A program made the translations under genes and the position numbers. 57,181 bases of DNA from assembly GCA_030141605.1 (NCBI GenBank), contig JAQGDQ010000951.1, forward strand, positions 19,947-77,127. The letters run 5' to 3'. Positions 1 through 13,429 of this stretch are shown here, in pieces (position 1 is the first letter of the stretch; every line of letters begins with the position of its first letter). The notes under the pieces were generated by a model. It did not search any database. It was not told the DNA's origin and was given only the letters and a program-made list of their open reading frames with translations. This stretch comes from Tubiluchus corallicola. Taxonomy: Eukaryota; Animalia; Priapulida.

Positions 1-441
1 TATATTACAGAAAAAGTTTATGCCATGCTGCAATATGACGTTGTGCCAATAGTTTTAGGTGGAGCAAACTACACCCACTTTCTTCCTCCAAATTCCTACA
101 TCAATGTGGATGACTTTGCCACACCAGAAATGCTGGCAAAATTCTTACAAAGTATGACAGAGGAAGAATATAGTAAATACTTTTTGTGGAAAATACATCA
201 CAAAGCGACTTTGATGTTTCCAACTTACAGTAATTATTACAGGATACGTTTAAAACACAAACAAGACTTTTGGTGTGAGTTATGTAAAAAACTTCACATA
301 CAAAATTCGGTGTTTGAGAGGAAAGAAGTTGAAAGAAATTACTTTGGTGCCTACAAAGCCATGAGTGCATGGTGGTATAATGCACTCTCAATGATCAATG
401 TCTCAATGATCAATGTTTTGGTGAGAAATATGCCAGCTTAG
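1..441 (+). CDS. Alpha-1,3-fucosyltransferase (GT10), C-terminal part; gene starts upstream of the window
   Basis: Frame +1 from base 1 reads YITEKVYAMLQYDVVPIVLGGANYTHFLPPNSYINVDDFATPEMLAKFL...Y.KYFLWK...WCELCKKLH. This contains the (D)YITEK...VPIVLG alpha-1,3-FucT motif and the C-terminal CxLC. Confidence 0.93.
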   Translation, partial: YITEKVYAMLQYDVVPIVLGGANYTHFLPPNSYINVDDFATPEMLAKFLQSMTEEEYSKYFLWKIHHKATLMFPTYSNYYRIRLKHKQDFWCELCKKLHIQNSVFERKEVERNYFGAYKAMSAWWYNALSMINVSMINVLVRNMPA

Positions 442-879
442 TCTCACCAAATAGCCCGTTTTCTAGCTGACGCTAATGTGAATTCAGCAATTACTTTGTT
501 TAGTTGGATGATTCTTGTTGTTCTTATAACGAACATAGACATTAATTTCAATCTTGTTTTGACTTTTAAACAGCTTTGCGTTTCACAGTATCGTAATCAT
601 GCCGTTAAATTTTCCGTCATCAATTTAGGTCACGTGTGCTTTAGCGTCAATTGTTCCTTCTCCACCCTGGCTCTCCTTCTCCACCCTGATTTTCCTTCTC
701 CACACTGACTCTCCTTCTCCACCTTGGCGGAGTCTTTTTACATTCTACTAGCTCACCATCCCCGCCATTCAGAGTAAAAAATCAACAATGTGCAGTTCAT
801 ATGAGTTATACCTTTTTTACCTGTTTTACCGCTGTAAATCATAAAAAAATATAAGTAAATAATAGCCCCCAGCTTGAAA

Positions 880-1780
880 ACTAAAAAAGGCCATTTTTCG
901 ATGGAGATACAGAGTTAAAAACTTCTTGAAAAATGTCTATTTTTGTTTTACGCGTATTTTTCATTCTGGGCCAAACATCACAGAGCTTCTGCTCCTTTTG
1001 CTGCTTCTGATTTCAGATCTTTCTGCTCTCATACTTTTTCAGGAAGGGCCACAATATTCGGTATGTTGCTAGGAGGTATCGTGGCTTATCACAAAATATG
1101 GGTCATGCGAGTGTAGGAAAATTTTCCACTAGGTGGCAAAAACCGAAAAATGGTGGTAGGAAACCGAAGTACACCTAGTGTTGAGCAATGGTACCTTGTA
1201 TCACATCAAATAAAAGCTCTCGATAAGGCTGATTGAATGGCATAGATTACAATGAGAACAGCAAACCCGTGACCCAGCTAGGTAGAAAAATAGGGGTCCA
1301 GGATGCACAGGATTTCCTGTGTCGACCAAAATTAGTTTGAAGTTTACCAAACGAAAGCTCGATGAGACAAACCAAATGGTGTAAGTTATGCTGAGACTGC
1401 TTGATCTCTGAGCCCGGAAGGGGGCAAAATCGAAAAATGGGGGTCGGGAACAGAAATCATTGAGCGTCTACGAATAGTACCATGTAGAAGATCAGATGAA
1501 AATTCTCAATTAGTCTATTCGATTTGCGTAGATTACAATGTGAATCCTCAACTTTTGACACATTTGGGGCAAAATATGAGACAAGGAGAGAAGTGTGTTC
1601 AAGGGTTATCCAAAAGTAACTTGTAGTATATCAATGCTACATAAATGGTCTCAGTGAGCCAAATTTAATGCTGCAAATTCATTCCGACATTGGTTGACCT
1701 TTGGCCCTTGGGTGACGCGCTAAACACTGAGGTTTCATTGAGAAATGCACTTCCTGTGTGTTCAAGCAAGGTGAAAATAA
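880..1780. mobile_element. Probable non-autonomous element with ~150-bp degenerate internal subrepeats
   Basis: Recurrent caaa(t/c)(a/g)aaagctc...tagattacaatg(a/t)ga-like blocks near 1205, 1350 and 1495; no ORF; ends not defined. Confidence 0.35.
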
Positions 1781-3825
1781 TAACTTTCAAATAAAGGCTG
1801 CCATCTTTTCATTTTAAGGCTCATTTTTGAAACTATTGTTTGCAAAGCCTTCAGTTTTTGACCATGTCAGAAACAGTGTCATCTTGATTTAAATTTCATC
1901 TTTAAGCCTCGGACATGATGAATGACATGATGACATATTGACGTTGCATAGATACTATGAGTAAAATATTAAAATAATGACAATTGAATTGCAAGGTAAG
2001 TCTCCAAAGTAATAATCTTTTCCTGAATAATGAAATATACGTCACTGGTCAGTTACAGATAATAGTCACAGTTACAGAGTTTCTAGGTTAATAAATAGAA
2101 TGTTCCATCCCACATAAATAGAACACAGCATAAAAGTTTATTAAGTTTATAATTCTTGTGATATACGAAATTCAACAAACGATTTTATTTTACTTGTTAT
2201 GTCAGTAATTGTTTTGTTTGTCTGCATTGTCTATATTTCAAAATTGAAATTTTATGTTTGTATTGTTTTTTCTTGTATTGTATGTAATTTTGGCACTAAA
2301 AAGTTAATAAATAAATAAATGAACAACAAGCAGTTGAATTACAGTTCAATGTTCAACAATGTGCGTCCAAAATTCCGTTTAACCGAATTTGCATTTCTAT
2401 CAAACATACACGTGCGCGTACATAAATCAAACTGTTATCTTAGATGTTAAGCATGTTAACCATAATAACAATACATGTTATATGATGATGTAATTTTAAT
2501 ATCTATAATTGTTTAGCTAATGAATAATACAATGAATAATTATAATTCAATGGAAAAAATAATTCAATGACTCAATTGAATGCACTCAGCTTCTCCCGCG
2601 CATTTGCTAAACATAAGCGGATAAAATGAGAAATGATATTGGAATCAACGTTTGGTGGTTGAATTCTCGTATTTTCTGACAGTTGATTTCCATATTTTAT
2701 CTTAATTTCCCGTTGGAAGTGTTAAGTTCTCAGAGGTAAAAAGATCAGCAAGCACATGACAGAGACTGGATCCTGTAACGACAGATTGAAAACAATGAAG
2801 GTTCAGATTTATTTCTTGAATTTAATGGCTTATACGTTTAGGTTAATTATGTAAAGAGTTGTCAGAGCTTGATCATGTCAGGTAAACACATGATGAATGG
2901 ATGACCAAGGAACCTGGACATCATGAAATTATGGCCAACAGTGGAGCCACTAATTTTCGAATGTAGAAAACCTGCCCCATTTGGTATGTATTCATGTACA
3001 TAGTACTGCCCGCACGATGAAATTGCCTTTAACTCCATTACTGCACTAGGTTTATCCTGCCAATTTTATTCTCGGAATTGTTTCTGGAAAATGTTACAGT
3101 AACAATGAACATTATTAGTCACGTCTTATTAGACTAGAATTGCATTACGAGCAATGAGTGGGTTAGGCGGCCGAATGTTTTAAATTTCGGTCTGCCGTTC
3201 TTGAGTTCGAAACTAGCTGCTACCAACACCAGGGCATATACCTTACACGTTATTCGTTATTTATGTGTAGTGTCCTTTACCTGTATTGTTATACGTGTAA
3301 GTGGGAACTTCTTCAGTTGCTACAAGCCTAAAGTATGGCACCACATTCTGTCTGTTAAATGAGTGACGGTAAATAAAACTTATCTTTGCCTTTTGTCTGC
3401 ATGTCTTACTGTCAGGGGGGTTGTCGCATTATCACTAGGTCTTCTTAGCTAGAGCGCCACTGCTTACTCATCATGTTAGAAGAGAATTTAGTGATTCGTT
3501 TATAACAACAGAACCTGCATTGATAATGTTTATGCAGTACGCAATCATACCCCTTAGAAAGTCGTCAAAAAACAACTATCTAGAAGAGGTATGAAAAAAT
3601 GGTATCATACCTTAGGCTTGTAGCAATTGACGAAGTTGCCAAAAATAGCACTGCACGACATTATATAGAAACTGGTGCTGCAGTTCAGACATGTTGGTAA
3701 AACAAAACATTGTATCAAGTGCATCAACGAACACGAAAAAAATCACCAAAAAAGTTCAAAACATCTACTGCCACCGTCTCGTCCTAAACAAAAGTTAGTT
3801 TTTTATTTCAAAGTGCTACTTAGCT

Positions 3826-4142
3826 ATGTATAAAATAACCTTTCGAATAGCAGATCTAAAACGCACATTTTGGTGTTTGCTAATATTATGCGGCTTTTTC
3901 TATATAATTTCAGTAATTTATGAATCAACATTCAAAAACGATATTTCATGCCAAGGCAATTACCATCGCTTTTTCGATTATTTTCTTCAGCAAAAGTGTT
4001 ATGAAAACGACATTGCTAAACTTAATCTTGAAAGATTACAACGGATTACAGAAGTGTGCAAAAATATAGGCAATTCAACAAGAGGTAAAATTGATTATAG
4101 ATATATTTTAGTTAGTGATCAACACAGATTTTGACTCAATGC
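3826..4142 (+). pseudogene. First coding exon of a CHST11/HNK-1-type carbohydrate sulfotransferase (Sulfotransfer_2), with a stop just before the splice donor
   Basis: Type II transmembrane segment (FWCLLILCGFFYIISVIY), a stem, then ERLQRITEVC...YILVSDQHRF, resembling the family's R..VC...ILVDDKHKLLYC before the 5'-PSB motif. Donor GC|GTAAGT at 4142/4143; TGA at 4132-4134 follows a T4 run. Confidence 0.6.
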
Positions 4143-6972
4143 GTAAGTGTCAGCCGTAAACTCTTGTAAAGTGTTTCGTTTTACTTTTTCTTCTTTTTTA
4201 TATATTTTTTTTTTGCTTAATACATGTAGTAAATTATGAATCCTTGTTATCATGGACGGCATCACAGTATTTTAGTGTTAAGCTCAAATCATAGGTTTGT
4301 CTACACTTACTTTTGCCCACACATTCTGAATGCACTATATTTTATAGATGAAAAAATATTAATAACGAAGTACAAAGTGTAAAAGTTTTAGCGTGACATC
4401 GCTGGTATTTCGCACCGGGCTGCTTTCTTGTTCATTTTCTGATCACTTCTGTTTTGTAAATGTCTCACTGCCAAGTTATCTTTTGCCCCATGTCCCATTC
4501 AGACAATGCTTCTGGCAAACAGTGGTCGTTTTCAACATACAAAATTGTAAAAATAACAGCAAATTCTTATGTACGATCGAAGAGAAAAGAGCTAGACAAT
4601 AAGGCAGTAATGACAGATGATTTTGTTCCCTGGGCTTTACCAAAGTTTTGAGCCTGTGCAGACCCGACTTAATGCGAAGCTCAAAAGTAAAAGAAAACGG
4701 AAAACTAAGTAGAAATGCCTTTCAGGCATCAAATTTTTAATTCGCTCCGTACATTTTTAGACACTTGGGAAAACCTTACTGGCATTTTTTGGTTTGAGGC
4801 AAATGAAGTTTCAGAGAAAAAAGCTTTAAATATTCAAGTAAAAAATATTCTCATAGTCTATGGTTCGATCGACGTGCATATAAGTTTGATGCAGTCGTAC
4901 ACCTTTATACTACGCGTAACTGTTCAAACTTTATTTGTCACCATGCCTACAGGATAAATGGGTGTTTCTTTTTCTGGCAAAAGGAAAGGATGTTCTGTCT
5001 TCACTACCGTCGCGTTTACGCCATTTTTACGTTGAAGTAACGTGTAAAAAAATTATGAGAAATATTTCAAAATGTGAAAAAAGGGAGGTTGTCATTAAAA
5101 TCGGTAGTTTCCGTAAAATTGATAATGTTGAAAAGTCTTACAACTAAACTAGATTATATATCGCTATCATGAAATTTAACCCGAAAAGTCAATTGTTATC
5201 TTACTTGCTGCGCGTCTAACCCAAAATAATGGCTAGCAGCTGACTTACAGCTTGATTTAATTCGCGGGAATACTCGGCACACCTTTTGTTCATACAGCCT
5301 ACATACAGTTTAAATAATAGTACAGTAACATCATGCTGTTTTGTATTGTTATGAATTTTTTTTAGAATATTAAATCATTTAATAGAGAGATTAATCGAAA
5401 CCAATTAATGAATAGATATCATCAGAATGAAGACAATTCAATGCATAGAGCAGAACTCACTCAGCTTCTCCCTCGTAATTAATTTACTTATGAAAACGTT
5501 TCTGACAACTGGCTGATAATAGAAAAATAAAGTAATAGGCAAATTGAACTGTAACTACATGATGAACGCTATAAAACTTAAGGGAAGGTTGGTTTGTACT
5601 GATCAGTATTGCCAAGATATGTGTGAACTTGTAATGTAATTCGAAGCTCGTTAGCAGGGTCCAGGGGCAACGACGAGGATGATATTCAGTCAGCCTAACT
5701 AATTAACAGGCGTTACCCTATTGTTCGTAATTGAGAAGACTGTTGTCAGAACTCGACGAAGAGACAAACTCCTGGGTAATTTAGCGTACGTTAATGAGGC
5801 TGAAAGCAGGTCCATGAATTTTGGAACAGTGACTCTGTCCTACAAGCAGTAAAAAGTATCGAGGCGTTTAAAGTCAAGATGCCAGATGATCAGGGTGACG
5901 AAGAGTTCAGAAGTCAGAATGGTCTGTTAACCAGCCACGGAGTGTATTTTGTCACATGACCGAGAGGTATTCATAAGGGGGTATGACGAGAAATCAGGGC
6001 TGTTGGGTAGTTTTTTTTGTCGATGTCAGGAAGGTGTCACGGGGTGGATTCTCAGCCAGGAATTATGAAGGTAGGATCTATCGTTTCTTTTGCTCAGGAT
6101 AGACTTCATCTGCATCGTTGGATTGAAAAAACCTCTAAAGCTCAGAGCGGCTCGTATTTGGAACAGGACTGGGGCAATTATAGGGTCTCGTAAATTGGCC
6201 AGTCCCAGAGTTGAGCAATCTTATTCATTATATATTTGGTAGTAATAACTTGTACTTAACTGTTGAAGGCTGTATGTTGTTAATTAAAGGAACAGTTGTC
6301 ACTAAATTATTTGTATTGTATTATTGTACCGATACACTGTAGTTGTGAAATTCCGTGGTTGATGTAAACTCAGTGTGTGAATGTACTTAAATTGTTATTG
6401 TCAAAACTGTCAGTTTATCAAACCTGTATGACTAACAAACCGTATATACAACTGTTAATATTGCATTTACATTGATTTGTGCCAACGGGAATTACTTCAA
6501 TGTTTTGTAAAAACACTATCTGTTGCACGAACCTAACACAGACCATATTCATACATGTTGAGGTGCCCATCTAGTAAACTAGGGAGATTCAGATTTGCTA
6601 CACAAAGCGTATTTCGTGGTCTGAGGACGCTCTGGTATTCGTCATAGCCATTCCGACCCAGCCGAAGCTTCCGTAGTCGGGGAATTAATTAAACAATTAA
6701 TTACCTAATTACCGCTTGTACTACCATTATAAAGAGATTGGGTAAAAGTACACTGTTTTTTGTTACTATAAATTAACTGTTCCTTGCAGGTTTGAAAACT
6801 GAAGACTGATTCTGAAGTTTATTTGTTATAAATAGGTAAATACTATTGTGTAACGCTGTGTAATAATTAAGACAGGACATTAACAAATCAGAGTACTGTG
6901 CTCAGGGTTCTTGAGTGTTTCTGTCACTTTTATATGCCAAATTTACAGGATAATCATTGCGAAATCATTACG

Positions 6973-7103
6973 CACACACATACACACACACACACACACA
7001 CCACACACACACACGCACGCACGCACACACACACACACATGCACGCACACGCACGCACACAAGCACACACACACATACACACACATGCACACACACACAC
7101 ACA

Positions 7104-7158
<55 letters not shown>

Positions 7159-7174
7159 ACACATACACACACAT

Positions 7175-7217
<43 letters not shown>

Positions 7218-7426
7218 ATATTGACGTCACTGACACAAATGACATTACATTTTGGTTTCAACTTTTTGGAAATTTTATTGCACAGCACACCACACTGCAA
7301 CATCACATCACCCACTAAACCACACCACACTACCTACTACCCACAACACCAGGCCAAACCCACCTCATCACTTGGTGATTATCATGATGACGTGCACACA
7401 CACACACACACACACATACACACACA

Positions 7427-7460
<34 letters not shown>

Positions 7461-7467
7461 GACTCGT

Positions 7468-7542
<75 letters not shown>

Positions 7543-7791
7543 CGTCACTGGCACATATGACATTGACATTACATTTAGATTTCACCTTTTTTGGATTTCA
7601 TTGCACACCACACCACACTGCAACCACATCACCCACCTAACCACACCACACTACCTACTACCCACAACACACCATACCCACCACATCACATGGTGATTAT
7701 CATGATAACGATGAGGATGATGGTGGTGACGTAGATGACAACACTTAAAAGTTCTATGCCAACAACACAGCAGCATAGCAAAACCACGCAA
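6973..7791 (+). repeat. (CA)n microsatellites alternating with two copies of a dispersed caccacac-rich repeat
   Basis: The block cgtcactg(a/g)caca..tgacatt...caccacactacctac...tggtgattatcatga follows each (CA)n tract (about 7215-7390 and 7540-7791). Confidence 0.85.
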
Positions 7792-8464
7792 AGCATTTTG
7801 CACAAAGTTGAAATTGCATGTTATGATAAATGCTATTAGAGTTTAGACCCATCCACAACTGATCAATAATGCAGGCTCATACTACATAGTCTTTGCAAAC
7901 TGGTCCTTTGATTGCAATAGACTACTATTATAACGCTTACATTATACAATAACAGCCAGCAGCAGTTTTTACTAAAGCAAAATTGTAAGCAGAGTACAAG
8001 GGATATGCACGAATATTCGTTTTTGTAAATATATAAATGAAACTTTTTAAAAAAAACGAAGCATAAATGCAAAATTAAAGGTTTTACATACATTTTACTC
8101 GAACAAATGATGTGTTACAGGCAAAAACACTTATTAAGAACGGAATGTACTAGGACGTAAACCGAAAAACAGACAAATGCTAGATTAGCGTATACATCTT
8201 ACGTGCAAGTGAATGGAATGGTGCACTTCAAATCAATTTTTAACGCACGCATTTCAAATCGTTTTATTTATTTATTAGCATACATTACATTTGCAAACAC
8301 GCTTCTCATCGTTTTATTTATTGGCATACATTCGATATCATACAAATGGGATGCTGCATTTCAAATCATTCTATTAGCACACACACACATCAAATTGTTT
8401 TGTTTATTAGCAAAATGGTTAGTCCTCCTCCTCCTCCTCTCCCACCCTCTTCTTCTCCCGAGAG

Positions 8465-10135
8465 TCATGTTCAACAGATATAGTCCCAGACCCTCTGAAA
8501 ATAGCTAAGGTTAATCCAATTTTTAAAACTGGTGATAGGTCCCAGTTTCAAAATTATAGACCCATTTCAATTCTTACCTGTTTTTCCAAAATTCTTGGAA
8601 GATTAATGTGTAATAGACTACTAAGTTTCATAAAAAAAACATATTATATAACAAAAAACTAGGCTTTAGACAAAACTACTCTACGTACATGGCTCTACTT
8701 GAACTTCTTGATTTAATATCAAATGTAATTGACAATAATGAATTTACAATTGGTATTTTTATTGATTTATTTAAGGCCTTTGATACTATTGACCATCAAA
8801 TACTCTTAGATAAATTAAACAACTATGGTGTCAGAGGTCTACCCTTACAATGGTTTACAAGTTGTTTACACAACAGAAAACAATCCGTACTAATTGAGAA
8901 CACATTTTCTTCTTCGAAGCAAATCAACTATGGTGTCCCCCAAGGCTCCATCTTAGGTCCATTGCTTTTTCTTCTCTATATTAATGATCTCCATAATGTC
9001 TCCACTCTGCTAGACTTCATTTTATTTGCCGATGATACTAACATATTCTATAATCACTCAAACTATGAATCAATGATAAATACTGTAAACCAAGAACTTG
9101 TACACCTCTCCACCTGGTTTAAAGCTAATAAGTTATCATTGAATATTGAAAAAACCAAATTTATTGTATTCACAAATAAAAATAAAAGAATCCCTAGTAA
9201 TCTTACACTAAAAATAGATGAAGTCCCATTAAATCAAGTAAAATATACCAAGATCTTAGGCATCATCATAGATGAACACCTAACTTGGCAAGAACATATT
9301 AGATTTATCGAAATCAAAATCTCAAAAACCATAGGTATTATATACAGAGTTAGACACATATTGCCTAACTCAGTACTTATATTATTATATAATTCTCTTT
9401 TTTTACCATATCTTAATAATTCAAACATTATTTGGGGAAGCACATACACCAATCGAATGAAAAAAATTCATCTGATTCAGAAGAAAATAGTGCGAGCTAT
9501 AACATTTGCCGGTTATCAAGACCATACACCACCAATATTTAAAAGACTAAACTTTCTAAACATTTATGACATTAATAAGTTCCAAACTGCCATTTTCATG
9601 TACAAATTCTCTCACAAATTATTGCCCCCTTATTTACTGATTATTTTTGTTTGAATGCTGAGATACATAATTACGGCACACGTTATAGTCTGAACTATCA
9701 CTACATACAGTGCAACACAAATGTTAGAAAATTTTCTATTAAATACAATGGCCCTTACATATGGAATTCAATTGCTTCAGCTATTAAAAATGCCAACTCG
9801 CTGTCCATATTTAAAAAAATTATAAATTAAACTTACTTGAAACATATAACTGATCACTCAATCATGATTTGTCGTTTTTCATTTTCAAAAACTTCCCCTC
9901 TAGTATAATAATATTTTTATTACTTCCCACCTGTATTTATATTTGCATATGTTATAATATTGTATCTGTATATATTGTATTTTTTTCGTAGCTAATTCTA
10001 GTGGCCTACCATACGATAGCTTCTTGGGTCTCTAGCGCAGAATTCATGAATTGTATCATATTTTTGTATTAACAAAAACTGATTATTGATGCACATGTAA
10101 TGTATATGTATATGTTTATTGCGAAATAAATCTAT
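8465..10135 (+). mobile_element. 5'-truncated LINE (CR1/L2 group) reverse transcriptase with 3' UTR
   Basis: PDPLKIAKVNPIFKTGD..NYRPISIL upstream; ORF 8689-9654 has IFIDLFKAFDTIDH, GVPQGSILGPLLFLLYINDL and LFADDT; AT-rich tail with aataaa near 10125. Confidence 0.92.
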
Positions 10136-10574
10136 TTCATCGGCAACACTTCTCTGTCTAGAAAAAACGGCTGAAAATTGCACACCATCTAGCGATCAGT
10201 AAATCGGGCGTCTGCAACAAAACCAGAACGCATACGCTACGCACCAAGCAGGATGGGTGATAGGAAGGCTTTGGTGTTGAAAGTCCAATTGCGACCACAT
10301 TTTCCGTTTAGAAGGCTTCTGATTCTGTAGGTGGGTGCCAGTCGGTGCGAATCGAAGCATTCTCCGCGTCCGGAAGCGCTCACGTACAGTGCCACCCAGT
10401 GACTGCCGGTAAATTGCCTGGTTGAGTGTTCTCCATCCCTCGCACTTGAGCAACTCGGAAGCCGAGTAAATGCCGCGAAATTGTCACCTGACCAGCGGGA
10501 GAGCTCGTTTTTGCATAAATTTGCGCAAGTCTGAGGTGTCCGGTTCCACCATCGCCGCACTGGTGGCAAAACTG

Positions 10575-10579
10575 ACACA

Positions 10580-10618
<39 letters not shown>

Positions 10619-10622
10619 ACAA

Positions 10623-10666
<44 letters not shown>

Positions 10667-10958
10667 GCATAATATTGAAGTCACTGACACAAATGACATT
10701 ACGTTTTGGTTTTAACTTTTTTGGTAATTTTATTGCACACTACACCACACTGCAAGCACATCACCCACCAAACCACACCACCTAAACCACACCACACTAC
10801 CTACAACCCACAACACACCATACCCACCACACCACGCCAAACCCGCCACATCACATGGTGATTATCATGATGGCCGTGATGATGATGATGGTGACGAAGA
10901 TTACAACACCTAAAAGATCTATGCCAACAACACAGCAGCATAGCAAAACCACGCAACT
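10575..10958 (+). repeat. Third copy of the (CA)n-associated dispersed repeat
   Basis: Near-identical to 7215-7791, including ctatgccaacaacacagcagcatagcaaaaccacgcaa; ends in ctag. Confidence 0.85.
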
Positions 10959-13429
10959 AGAGGGCATCATATAATATTTTACTTGGCAGCTGCAATAAGG
11001 AATTGTTGGGAATTTGTAGCACACTTTAGTACTGTAACAATCAGCACATCAAGCTTTCAAGAAACAGAAGCAATACAGAGGAGGGTAATGGTCTATTACA
11101 ATGTTATTTCAGTCACTACACACATTTAACAGGTGGCTTGACTTTTTACGGAAGGTATAAAGAAATGGAAATTTTGGTGATACTACACTTTTTTACGAAA
11201 AATAATATATTTTTCATGCCCTTGGGCAAAGGAAGACAAACTGTATAATATTGTTCTCCATAATTTCTTCCAAAGTACATTGAGCCATTACACATATTTG
11301 TCATCGTCTTAAAGTGATTTGTTACAAACAATATGAAAATATGAAAAATGCATTCTTTTTTATCTTACATGTTTCTGTAAGAAAAAGCCGAAATACAACT
11401 TATTGGACAAACGAAAGCAACAAAGAAACAATCTCAAATTTTTGAGAATGAACTTACAACTTGATATGGAAACGTTGGATAAGAACCAAATACAAGAACC
11501 AAATAATAAATCTTTGCATTTCACAGAACAGAACAGCTTCCTTGGATACATGGTCATTTCTGTGACGCTGATTTGTAACAAATGATTCACATTGAAACGT
11601 AACAGACGAAAACCAAATGCAATCCCTGCTGACATATTGCGGTAACGGATAATTGAATTTTGCTGCCGTTATTTAACGAGTAAAACGAACGAAATCAAGT
11701 TCCAGACTTTCTTATGAAATGACACCGTCACACCCAATTTCCTCTTACATTGACCACCAAGAAAATGTTAAAAGTATCAGAAAATCTTAGAGCATTTTCT
11801 TTCTGTTTTTGTTTTAAACTGAAACTTCATAAAGTGCCTTGTACTTAACATTCAAAAATAATGCAAAATAGAAGAAAAGTACAAGAAGGGTAATTCTAAA
11901 ACTTTAAAAATGTTTGCCAAAAAAGCAATAGTAGAAAATGTAACTACAAGAGCAAATTAACAAACTGAAGTTAAGTTTCTGTTAGTCGATGTAAACATTA
12001 CTCAACTCTCAACCGTTCTATGCTAACAGTGCTTCTTCTGGGCTCCTTTTGTCTTTGTTCTGAATGTAACTAAACACTCTCTAGACAAATCCGTCTCCTA
12101 CTGCTGTCATGTCCTACTTCTACACCAGTATTAGACTCCTACCAATGTGTGTGAAGACGAGAGACAATACTCTTTTTCTTGCCCTAAATCTACAGAGAAA
12201 TGGTTCTCAGCCTAAATCTTACAACTGGCTCAATCCAATCAACTCAGAAACTACTCATCTCCTTCTTCTGTTGGTTGGAAACCAAATGGTTTTAATTTAC
12301 AAATTCCATAATTCTCATATTAGGACGTTGACTTTTATGCACATATGACCAATCTTGATGCGCGTACGAAGATCTTGTTTTCCAAAACAATAAAACATGA
12401 TTTATTTTTTAGGAATGTGTGATTGGCAGAAACCTCACGTGGAACCTCAGCTACCACTTACAGAGTCACAGAGTGACCAATAGCCACATGTAAAGTTTGT
12501 CCCGCGTCAGTTTTCAGTTTTTAGCTTAATATACTCGAATTTCAAGGCAATACTTTAAATAGTTCAACACCAATTTCCAATCTTATGTATTCTAATTAAT
12601 AGCATACTCAAGCTTATGTACGTGAGTGCGCTACATGCCTTTCCTGAGACAGACTGTGTCATTTGGCTCTCAATTTTGTGGATAAAAGTTGTTACAATTC
12701 ACAATATTGTACAAATAATTTGTATTATGTCCATTGAATTAAATCAAATTCAATTGTTTATTTATTTAAATATCTGTTCCATAAAACACATTTACATCAT
12801 ACAAGCATAAAAAAAATCCACTAAATTCTTAAAAACGTAAAAATTAATACTGATATAAGACAATACTGATTTCATAATTAAAAATACATTGTAATAAAAT
12901 ATTACTAGATTGATCTATTTCATTTTTTAAAGAACAAGCAGGTCTTCATATGATTACGTCAAAGTCCTGAATTTTCAAGTTGACAATGTTAATTAAAAAT
13001 GTTGCATTTTTTATTGGAGAGCAGTGTTTGAATATATATTGAGTTTATCCAGGTGAACGTGCCTTGTACCATTTACTCATAGGCACAAGGCCAACAAACC
13101 TACAGGTAATGTTATGATTTCCGCTTAAACAAGGAAGCCCATAACATTACCAGCAATTGGCAGCAGTGGTTTCTTGTAGAGAAAACGAACACGTGACATC
13201 GTCATTTGTCTACTTTCTGTCGTGGGATGCCCTTCTCCTTTTGGCCTGCTGAGTGTCGTTAGTTCTGTCGTACTTGAAGCATTGTCATCAGGTTTAGTTT
13301 TTTCCTTTGTTCTTCTCCATCGTCCCTTTTAATTTCTAAGTTTTGGTTTCGTTGTTTCTTTCTTAGAAAATTCTTGGGTCTCGTTATGCAGCGTATATAT
13401 ATATATGCATGAAATTTTACATTCTTGAT

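Noticed and set aside
4132-4134. Selenocysteine TGA in the sulfotransferase exon (likewise the TGA in the CaRF-like exon)
   Set aside because: The position does not align to a conserved Cys and no SECIS was seen; an indel or nonsense mutation is simpler.
5630-6730. Solo LTR
   Set aside because: It has LTR-like composition, but no clear TG...CA ends with TSD, PBS or second copy.
6898-7696. His/Thr-rich or Cys/Val-rich proteins (also at 10.2-10.7, 15.1 and 53.5-54.0 kb)
   Set aside because: These are translations of (CA)n/(TG)n microsatellites.
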